A stretch of DNA of 64,000 bases from a virus, in the IMG/VR virus record IMGVR_UViG_3300025949_000019, positions 33,539-97,538 of that record. One strand, given 5' to 3'. Below the pieces are notes generated by a model that saw only the letters and a list, made by a program, of their open reading frames with translations, was not told the DNA's origin and ran no database searches. Shown piece after piece: positions 45,777 to 53,727 of this stretch (its first letter is position 1; each line of letters opens with the position of its first letter). The position numbers and the translations under genes are program-made.

Positions 45777-47386
45777 AAACATATCAACAAATGATGGTCG
45801 AAATATCAACAAAGGTCCTAGCTCCATATATCGAAAAGGCTGGGCAATCGATCAAGAATATGGTTTCATCTTCAGATAAACAAAAACTTCTGCCTAAGAT
45901 TATCAAACGTTCTGGTGGTATCAAGGCTGCAAAGGCTAGACCATTACCATTCTATAAGGATTCTTCTTCTTCTTCTGATGTTGTTGGTGGATTTGTATTG
46001 TCCCATAAGCAAAAATTCGTCTTGAATCAATATAGAGATAAATTGATTCAGGCTATAAGCAAGGATAACAGTAGGTTTAGAAATCCATCGTATGTTTCTC
46101 CAGAAGGCTTAATTGCTGGTTTTGCTAGGCATGATCCATCAGGTAAACATGAAGATTACTTGAATTTCATGGCTAGAATGTACTCAGCAGAAAAATTCAA
46201 AATTGAAGATATACCAAGAATAGAGAATGAGCTAGATAAGTTTACCAAGATTAAACACCAACTACCAAACAAGGATATTGATTCGTATAAGGATTTGGAA
46301 CAATTGTATGATGCAGTAGATTCTGTTGAACCAAAATTATCTAAGAACATGTCAATGGAATTGGCTAAGAAAGCTGGTACAGTTGTTCTTGTTAATGAAC
46401 CAGACTTCAAACTACTTCAATTGAAAAACATGGGAGCCGTTAAACAATATTGCTCAGGCACGCGCTGGTGTTTTTCGTCTGACTATGATACATTCAAGGA
46501 ATATTCCGGTGGTCTTTATTTGATTCTTGCGCGCATCAACGGAGAGGTCAGAAAACTGGCTTTTCATAGAAGTTCTGGTCAATTTATGAATGAAAAGGAT
46601 ATCCATATCATTGAAAGAGCAGAAGAAGGTTCTAAACCATTCAAGCAACTAGTAAATGAATTAGCAAAATTTCCGGGATTCCAGAAAGCGTTACAGTTAT
46701 ATTTTGGCAAGGGCATTGATGCACAACTCAGAATAAAGAACCTGCTTCGCATTTCTGGTGATATACACACTAGGGATAAAGAATTAGAAGACCTATTCGC
46801 AAAACAATTAAATTTGGTAAACACCGGTAAGAGTGATGAAGACGATATTTTGGATGATATTCTATTCAGTTACGTACAAGATACAAAACAACCAGTTTCG
46901 TCGGCATTAGAAAACGAAATGTACAAATGGGCTACAAAAAATCAACATGCTGGTTATCTTCTACAATATGCAGTATTTGCCAAAAAGAAATTACCCCTAG
47001 ACATGGAAAAGATGTTACTTAATGATGGCGGCTGGGATTTTATGAAATACGTTGACGGAGTTGTGAAGGGCCCGGTACCAGAACTTGAACATATAATATT
47101 TGATAAAGACTCTAACTATTGGCCAAACAGGCGTGTAAATGGACATGAATACGCCTTTGCTATTGATTTGAGAGAAACTTTGAAATATTTACTAAAGTGG
47201 GCAAAGAAAAGAGCGCCGACAGATTTTGAGCCATTTCTCTTTACCAAAATTCCACCATCATCTATGACACCAGAAACAAGAACAGAACTTAGAAACTACA
47301 GGATAGCTTATGCAAAGAAGTACCTTAGGCAAGACACAAGAACTTGGGCTAGAAATTGGATAGCTAACCACAAGAGATATTTCTAA
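45773..47386 (+). CDS. Putative large internal head protein
   Basis: (M)KTYQQMMVE leader; DI.SYK..EQL and YCSGTRWC motifs; helical repeats in the C-terminal half. Confidence 0.65.
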   Translation: MKTYQQMMVEISTKVLAPYIEKAGQSIKNMVSSSDKQKLLPKIIKRSGGIKAAKARPLPFYKDSSSSSDVVGGFVLSHKQKFVLNQYRDKLIQAISKDNSRFRNPSYVSPEGLIAGFARHDPSGKHEDYLNFMARMYSAEKFKIEDIPRIENELDKFTKIKHQLPNKDIDSYKDLEQLYDAVDSVEPKLSKNMSMELAKKAGTVVLVNEPDFKLLQLKNMGAVKQYCSGTRWCFSSDYDTFKEYSGGLYLILARINGEVRKLAFHRSSGQFMNEKDIHIIERAEEGSKPFKQLVNELAKFPGFQKALQLYFGKGIDAQLRIKNLLRISGDIHTRDKELEDLFAKQLNLVNTGKSDEDDILDDILFSYVQDTKQPVSSALENEMYKWATKNQHAGYLLQYAVFAKKKLPLDMEKMLLNDGGWDFMKYVDGVVKGPVPELEHIIFDKDSNYWPNRRVNGHEYAFAIDLRETLKYLLKWAKKRAPTDFEPFLFTKIPPSSMTPETRTELRNYRIAYAKKYLRQDTRTWARNWIANHKRYF

Positions 47387-47391
47387 AAGAA

Positions 47392-49086
47392 ATGCCAGTT
47401 CAAACACCTCTAATTGATGCAAACACACTCTACCAGTTGCTATATGTTGATCTAGCAACAAAGGAAGATGTGGCCAATCTGTATCAGACTTCTACGTTCA
47501 CGATTGATCAATATCTAACAAAGTATCAGTTCGATCCTCCATTCGACAATGTAACACCCATGTTTGCATATGTTCATGCAAACGCTGCATATGCAAAGGC
47601 TAATGCAGTCGCGTCCGATCCAAACGTCGCATCATCGATCTATGCAAATACAATCATTTTTGGTACTGCAAATGCCGCCTTCAATGCTGCTAATTCTGCG
47701 GCTGCAAATTCTGGTGTAATTAGTATTTTTAGTAGAAAAGGTGTCGTGACAATGACTGCAAATGATGTTGCAAACTCATTGTCATATGTACCATTTTCGA
47801 CAACACCTGTGGGTGGTGTTGATATGTTGGTTTGGTCTGCAAACGTAACTGGTTTCGGACCTCCTACACTAACAACAAGATCAGTAGGAACAAGACAAGT
47901 CTATTGGCCATCAATCAGCGGCACAAACACTGATTATGCAGTAGGTATTGATTCCGAGACGTTATGGTGGTCCGTTCCCGATACTGGTGCAGGTTATAAG
48001 TGGTATAAAATAAACAGTGTTGTCATGAGTCTTTCATCTGGCGGTTTGTTGACAGTTTCACAAGGCGTTAGTTCGACTCAGTTTCAATCCACTGTTGGCG
48101 CCGGCTTTGCACCATTAATTGTGGCAAGCAACACCGCAGTTGCAAACCTTAATGCAGATATGGTTGATGGACAACATGCAATAGAATTTGCGAACACAGG
48201 ATTTGCTCAATCTGCATTCAATCAAGCCAATACTGCAAACACAGAAGCATTGGCCGCATTTAGTCAAGCTAATACCGCAAACGTAACGGCGCAGGCTGCA
48301 TTTAATAAAGCCAATACTGGTGTTAACTTAACAGGACCAATTACATCGGTTGGTGTTGCAACGGCTGTTGGTTCACAAACAGGAACCGGTAACACATTCG
48401 TTATGAATGCAAGTCCTACACTAACAGGTACGACTACTGCTAATTCAACGAGCGCGGGCGCTGAAACAACACCACTTCAAATTCAGAACGCGGACTCCGG
48501 CTCCCAAAACACAGCGGTATCACTTGGATTCTTTGCTCACGCAACAGCGAAAACGGGAACGATTAAAAACCAACGTGTTAATCAAGCTAGCTCTCTGTAT
48601 GACATGATCTTTTCAACATTTAACGGTAGTGCCGTTACAGAGATGATGCGTATTACTGGAACTGGAATATTAAGCTTACCAAAAGGACAAATATCTTTTC
48701 CGGCAACTCAGAACCCTAGCAGCGATGTAAATACACTAGACGATTATGAAGAAGGAACATGGACACCAACTGATGCATCTGGTGCCGGCTTGACGTTCAC
48801 TGTGAATTCAGCTACATATGTAAAGATAGGGCGTGCTGTTTTCTTTCAGTGTTATATTATTTTTCCTGCTACTGGTAGCGGTTTGGGAATTGCTATTGGC
48901 GGGATACCATTTACATCAAGTTCAATTCAAACAGCGCCGGTTTATTCTTCTGGAACAAACGCATATACATTCGTAGCCCAGATGACGGGTAGTAGTTTTA
49001 ACATATTCAGCCAAGCTGGCGCCCAACAAACAAACGCCCAAATGTCCGGAGCCTTTATGATTATTACTGGAATGTACAACACATGA
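47392..49086 (+). CDS. Tail fibre-like protein
   Basis: AFNxANT heptad-like repeats, LNADMVDG, NTLDDYEEGTWTP and YVKIGR.V C-terminal fibre module. Confidence 0.75.
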   Translation: MPVQTPLIDANTLYQLLYVDLATKEDVANLYQTSTFTIDQYLTKYQFDPPFDNVTPMFAYVHANAAYAKANAVASDPNVASSIYANTIIFGTANAAFNAANSAAANSGVISIFSRKGVVTMTANDVANSLSYVPFSTTPVGGVDMLVWSANVTGFGPPTLTTRSVGTRQVYWPSISGTNTDYAVGIDSETLWWSVPDTGAGYKWYKINSVVMSLSSGGLLTVSQGVSSTQFQSTVGAGFAPLIVASNTAVANLNADMVDGQHAIEFANTGFAQSAFNQANTANTEALAAFSQANTANVTAQAAFNKANTGVNLTGPITSVGVATAVGSQTGTGNTFVMNASPTLTGTTTANSTSAGAETTPLQIQNADSGSQNTAVSLGFFAHATAKTGTIKNQRVNQASSLYDMIFSTFNGSAVTEMMRITGTGILSLPKGQISFPATQNPSSDVNTLDDYEEGTWTPTDASGAGLTFTVNSATYVKIGRAVFFQCYIIFPATGSGLGIAIGGIPFTSSSIQTAPVYSSGTNAYTFVAQMTGSSFNIFSQAGAQQTNAQMSGAFMIITGMYNT

Positions 49087-49562
49087 GCACATTTAATTCA
49101 TTTATTGATATTATCAATCCAACCACTAATGGCATCATTGAAGTTCGCCGTGTCGACCAGACATTGGATGATAGCAACAATGTTATTTCACAAGCTTTCG
49201 TTCGCTGGACACTGTTTCCGGGACAAGATGTGACAAACCAATGGCCTGCGGTTCAGGCCGTTTGTGCAAACACATGGACACCTGCTGTCATTGCAGCCTA
49301 TCAGGCTTCATTTCCACCAACACCTCCGAGACCAACACAAATTTCAAAGAGAGATTTTCTAAATCGTTTCTCTGTTGGTGAGAGAATTGCGATACGCCAA
49401 GCCGCAAAGACAACTGATGTAATTGCAGAGGATTTCATTCATCTATTAGATATTTCAGATACAGTCACGTTGACTGACAAACAAACTGTTGATGGTTTGA
49501 ACTATTGCGTACAGATGGGATATGTGTCTGCTGCTAATGCAAATACAATCTTAACTCCATAA
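49083..49562 (+). CDS. Fibre-associated protein / assembly chaperone-like
   Basis: Coupled (ATGA) to the fibre gene; VQAVC...WT..VIAAY and ISK.DFL.RF...ER.AI modules. Confidence 0.55.
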   Translation: MSTFNSFIDIINPTTNGIIEVRRVDQTLDDSNNVISQAFVRWTLFPGQDVTNQWPAVQAVCANTWTPAVIAAYQASFPPTPPRPTQISKRDFLNRFSVGERIAIRQAAKTTDVIAEDFIHLLDISDTVTLTDKQTVDGLNYCVQMGYVSAANANTILTP

Positions 49563-49565
49563 ATA
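49558..49565 (+). promoter_or_regulatory. T4-type late promoter (CATAAATA)
   Basis: 5 nt before the gp3 ATG. Confidence 0.65.
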
Positions 49566-49570
49566 GACAT

Positions 49571-50128
49571 ATGACAACTCCTGCATTCAAATCACAACCG
49601 GACAATCAAAACAACTCGCAACCAACGCGATTTAAGATGATTTTTCCTCGCGGTCCGAACTTCACGTTCTGGTGCCAGTCTGTGATTTTGCCGTCCTTAA
49701 CAATGTCCTACTATACGTCACCTACGCCATTTGTAGACCAAAAGGTTCCGGGTGATAAACTTGTCTATGACGATTTGCTTGCGACTATTCTGGTTGACGA
49801 AGATTTGCAGACATGGAGAGAAATCCACAATTGGATACGTGGTATGACATTTCCAACCGATTTTGCGGAATATAGAAACTTAAACAAACTCTCAGAAGTG
49901 CTGAAACATAGTTCTACTGCACGTCCGCAGTATGCAGATATGCACATCATAATCTACAATAACAACTGGCAACCAATTCTGCTTTGGAAATTCATTGATG
50001 CATTTCCGATCATGCTAGGCCAATTGTCATACTCTGCATCGGACGGTCCAGATAGCACAATGATTACTGATGTGACGTTTGCGTATCAGTATTTTGATGT
50101 TGAGATAATGGATCAGAGCGTTGCATAA
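49571..50128 (+). CDS. gp3: Tail completion / tube terminator gp3
   Basis: F.CQSV.LP, PGDKL.YD.L...LVDEDL..W.EIHNWI, F.DAFP..L, F.YQYF. Confidence 0.85.
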   Translation: MTTPAFKSQPDNQNNSQPTRFKMIFPRGPNFTFWCQSVILPSLTMSYYTSPTPFVDQKVPGDKLVYDDLLATILVDEDLQTWREIHNWIRGMTFPTDFAEYRNLNKLSEVLKHSSTARPQYADMHIIIYNNNWQPILLWKFIDAFPIMLGQLSYSASDGPDSTMITDVTFAYQYFDVEIMDQSVA

Positions 50129-50582
50129 TGCAGCAGTAGCCGGTTTCTTTTCCTAGTCTGTGGTTTATGATTGTTTTTATTACATCCCAATTTCCACCTC
50201 CCAAGCCAGACCCTATTGCTGGAAAATAGATATTAAGATATTCCAAACCCTTTCCAATTCGCCATTGCATGAATCTTTCAAAGCACTTATCAATGGCGTC
50301 ATATGACACATACTTCCGACCGTCGCGCCCATAGTTTTCTTGAACATAAGCATGAACAACATATAATTCCGGCGCAACTTCAACAACTATACAACGTCCC
50401 AATAGTTCTGCTGGCTTTCCTAGATGATTTAGTGTTTCGTTTCTGTATGGATCGAAGATCATTGGAAATTTATCTCTCAATGCTTGAGCAACACCAGCGC
50501 CCATTACACCTTGGCAATTGACACCGTGAACTATGATGCCTCTACTAATACTTGTTATATCACATTCTTTGTACTCAATCAT
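50064..50582 (-). CDS. Macrodomain (Appr-1-p processing / ADP-ribose) protein, T4 Tk.4-like
   Basis: DI...IIVHGVNCQGVMGAGVA..L, FPAIGSGLGGGNW. Confidence 0.9.
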   Translation of the reverse strand: MIEYKECDITSISRGIIVHGVNCQGVMGAGVAQALRDKFPMIFDPYRNETLNHLGKPAELLGRCIVVEVAPELYVVHAYVQENYGRDGRKYVSYDAIDKCFERFMQWRIGKGLEYLNIYFPAIGSGLGGGNWDVIKTIINHRLGKETGYCCIMQRSDPLSQHQNTDTQTSHQ

Positions 50583-50731
50583 TGTCCAAATCCCAATAAA
50601 ATAAATGCAGCTAGTGAAAAAATAAGTGATAACATGAACAGAATGAACGATTGGTCGCTGTCACTTTTTTGACTGAAGAAGCTAATCACAAAAATGATTG
50701 CAAAGACAGCGGACATTGTAGACGATTTCAT
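50579..50731 (-). CDS. 50-aa two-TM membrane protein (not in ORF track)
   Basis: MKSSTMSAVFAIIFVISFFSQKSDSDQSFILFMLSLIFSLAAFILLGFGQ; TAATG overlap with the ligase stop and ATGA overlap with the macrodomain start. Confidence 0.7.
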   Translation of the reverse strand: MKSSTMSAVFAIIFVISFFSQKSDSDQSFILFMLSLIFSLAAFILLGFGQ

Positions 50732-51375
50732 TATGACTTGTCCCACCTGATATGCTTGAATGATGCATGTCTGAAGACACCACTCTCTGTCAACCTATTG
50801 CATTCTACTTCAATAATCACTCCATGGGGTTTGTTCTGCCAGAACCAATCGCGTTCTTCATTACTGAATCCTGTTCCAACGAGACCCAGTGGAGTTTCAA
50901 TTTTTCCAAGTGTGTTGGAAAATTTCCCCGTACCAATATGAAATTCAATACAAGGTACATCGAAGGTTTCATGTGCTTTTACTTTCCACCATCTGTCGCC
51001 TTGTTTTAGAACAATCCCTTCCATTCCTTTTAGGATCGCACTTTGATAGAGGCAAACAATTTCAGCTTCGCTAGGATCATCATAGAATCCAATAAACAGT
51101 CTAGGATCAACTGGATCAAATGAATAGATGTTTTCTTGTTTGACTTCCTTCACTTCTTTTCTGGTTCTAACAGCTTCAATAGTTGTTTTAAAATCACCCA
51201 GAAAAACTTCAGCATCAGTGAAAGTATGAGCTAGGTGATCTAGATTGTACAAAGGCTTGCCATTTCTAGAGATAACTGTCTTACCATCTGAAGATGCACG
51301 AACACCATCTATCTTATATGTTGCTTCCCATCGTCCTTTTAATCCTTCGTTCTTCCAGAGTTTGCACTTAATCAT
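50731..51375 (-). CDS. Minimal ATP-dependent DNA ligase
   Basis: Motif I KIDGVR, SRNGK, motif IV EGIVLK, motif V WWKVK, OB-fold VGTGFS..ER and T..G.FRH..F...R.DK. Confidence 0.82.
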   Translation of the reverse strand: MIKCKLWKNEGLKGRWEATYKIDGVRASSDGKTVISRNGKPLYNLDHLAHTFTDAEVFLGDFKTTIEAVRTRKEVKEVKQENIYSFDPVDPRLFIGFYDDPSEAEIVCLYQSAILKGMEGIVLKQGDRWWKVKAHETFDVPCIEFHIGTGKFSNTLGKIETPLGLVGTGFSNEERDWFWQNKPHGVIIEVECNRLTESGVFRHASFKHIRWDKS

Positions 51376-51384
51376 AATAAATTC

Positions 51385-53049
51385 CTATGGTTTGTAGAAC
51401 ACGAAGATGGGTTCGTATTTGACCATCTTACCGTTTAGCTTGCATGAATTCTTCGTGTATGTCGTGAAGATTTTCTCTTTCTTCGTGACAACACCATCTA
51501 GTGTATTTTCTTCTATTTCCTCATAGTCTCCAGTATCAATTAGACGATTTGCTCCCGGCATCTGTGCAAGAGCCATCTTTACTACACCTTTGTATTGCAT
51601 TCCAAGCCCTTCAAGAATGTCTCTGCTGTCTTTCTCAAGAGGGAGTCTAACTCCATCGAATTCAACATCAGCAATGTTCCATAACAGGTAGCGATCATTA
51701 GCCAACCATTGTACTGCTGTTTCAAGAGTGGGTCTGAGAAAACCTTCTCTCCAAGCATCATAAGATGTTCCGAATTTGTGGCAGGATTGTTCTGGGTCAT
51801 CAGAGTAAACCTCTTTCGCAAAATATGGTGGAGATGTAAAGACTAGATCGATCTTTCCTTTGTGTTTTTGGAAATTTAGATCGTTGCCAATTTCTTCAGA
51901 GCCATGTTGATGGATTTCGTAACTGTTCTGGTGAGTGAAAAACTTGTTCGCCCTGCTCGTTTTTGTATTAAAAAAGTCAGCGACCTCGTGATATTTGGTT
52001 CTACCAGGTGTTGTATTGTGATCTGTATTGGGATCAGTTCCAATGTAGTGAATTTTTCTATCGTCACGGACCGACATTGCTCCCAAAATTCTTCCAGCCC
52101 AACCCGCAGATGGGTCGTAGATATTGATCGTTTGTGTCTTATCCAAATGATCTGTGTATTTTTCATACAAAGCCTTTGCAATAAGCGGTGGAAAATTGAC
52201 AGCAATTTGCTTACCATATGCGATCCTAAAGACTTTCATTCCGAGCGGGAACATGCGCTGTTGCTTTTTGAAGAACCTTATTTCAAATAGATCGGACACA
52301 TTCCAATCGTTTGTATCTGCAAAGTGAGCATTGATATCAAACTGAAAAGAAGAACTCAATGAGAATCCCATCAGTTGTTCTTTTGTCAGCCATAGATATT
52401 CTGCATCAAACAGTTCTTTCTTGAATCCAGAATATGCTTTATTCTTGATTGGATTCAACCAAAAATCGTATTCTCCTATCTTTCTGTAGCTCCTGTAGAA
52501 TTCCTTGACCCATTCAACCGGATCGTCAGTAAGCGGTTGCTCTGCGGAGTTTCTTGTCTTGTCTCTCTTTTGAATGGACTGAGAATAATGGTAGAAAGAG
52601 TCGTGTTTGAAGTTTCTGATTGCGGATTTATAGAACGACTCGAATTTGGTTTTGTCTGCGAGTGCGTCATAGATTGATTCTCCGGGCTTCTTCATCGATG
52701 TTCTGATTGGTGCTTTGTACATCGTCGGGAACCATTGATTCACCGCAGAACCAAGAAAATATTTGTTCCTGATTACATTTCTCTCACCGGTCAATTCATC
52801 TACATCCCAAAGTAGATCAGAATTGAATCCAGACATTTTATCGAATTGCTCGATTATATCGTCTTCGTTAACGCCCACGACTGGTGGTGTATCATATTTG
52901 TCCCAACACTCCAACAGAAGATCAATAGTCTTCCTGAGCCAGACTCTAAATTCAGAGTCCGACATTGCAAGAACTTCCTCGAAGAAAACATTAGTCTCGA
53001 AGTTGTTTAGGAAGCGATCATTTCGCGCGTAAAACCATTTTTTAGTCAT
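51385..53049 (-). CDS. DNA amino-methyltransferase-like protein with long N-terminal region
   Basis: SAM-binding YDPSAGWAGR, YIGTDPN and catalytic FTSPPYF motifs. Confidence 0.78.
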   Translation of the reverse strand: MTKKWFYARNDRFLNNFETNVFFEEVLAMSDSEFRVWLRKTIDLLLECWDKYDTPPVVGVNEDDIIEQFDKMSGFNSDLLWDVDELTGERNVIRNKYFLGSAVNQWFPTMYKAPIRTSMKKPGESIYDALADKTKFESFYKSAIRNFKHDSFYHYSQSIQKRDKTRNSAEQPLTDDPVEWVKEFYRSYRKIGEYDFWLNPIKNKAYSGFKKELFDAEYLWLTKEQLMGFSLSSSFQFDINAHFADTNDWNVSDLFEIRFFKKQQRMFPLGMKVFRIAYGKQIAVNFPPLIAKALYEKYTDHLDKTQTINIYDPSAGWAGRILGAMSVRDDRKIHYIGTDPNTDHNTTPGRTKYHEVADFFNTKTSRANKFFTHQNSYEIHQHGSEEIGNDLNFQKHKGKIDLVFTSPPYFAKEVYSDDPEQSCHKFGTSYDAWREGFLRPTLETAVQWLANDRYLLWNIADVEFDGVRLPLEKDSRDILEGLGMQYKGVVKMALAQMPGANRLIDTGDYEEIEENTLDGVVTKKEKIFTTYTKNSCKLNGKMVKYEPIFVFYKP

Positions 53050-53073
53050 AACGAATTATATCACCTTTACCAG

Positions 53074-53727
53074 TTATTTTCCGGCAAAGACGTTGTAGAA
53101 TTTCTTGTATTTTTTCAACAACTTCCTTTGTTTGCCACGTTCCCAATCCAAGACTTCGCGTTTGACTTTCGTTGTGAATAGAATTCCATTCAAGTGATCT
53201 AGTTCGTGCTGGAAAACCTTGGCATCCATGTCTGTCAATTCTAGGACGATTTCGTTTTCTTCTTCATCATAGAATTGAACCTTGACTGATTTTGGTCGTT
53301 TGATCTGAAGTGCAAGACCCGGGAAGGATAAACATCCCTCACGTTTTGCAGTTACTTCATCGGAAGCTTCAATGATCTTCGGGTTGTAGCAAACCAACGT
53401 TTCTGTTCTCTTTGCTGCTGCAACATCGATTCTATCCATGACAAACATTCTTGTCTTATAACCAACTTGACATGCAGATAGACCAACACCACCTGTTCCG
53501 CGCATTGTATCTGTCATTGCATCTGCAAAGGCTTTTCTATCTTCGTATGACTCACAACCGAAATCATATTCTGGCAAGACTTCTTTCAAGACAGGATGAA
53601 AATCTGCTACCAATGAAAGTTTTGGTTTTGGTTTGACCTCGGTTACAGCCGAAGGTGTAAAGACTAATTCATCTTCTTCTACTTCGGGTGTTAGAACTGC
53701 TGATTGTTGATTTGCTGGTGTTTGCAT
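53074..53727 (-). CDS. def: Peptide deformylase
   Basis: GVGLSACQVG, EGCLS and QHELDHLNG motifs. Confidence 0.95.
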   Translation of the reverse strand: MQTPANQQSAVLTPEVEEDELVFTPSAVTEVKPKPKLSLVADFHPVLKEVLPEYDFGCESYEDRKAFADAMTDTMRGTGGVGLSACQVGYKTRMFVMDRIDVAAAKRTETLVCYNPKIIEASDEVTAKREGCLSFPGLALQIKRPKSVKVQFYDEEENEIVLELTDMDAKVFQHELDHLNGILFTTKVKREVLDWERGKQRKLLKKYKKFYNVFAGK

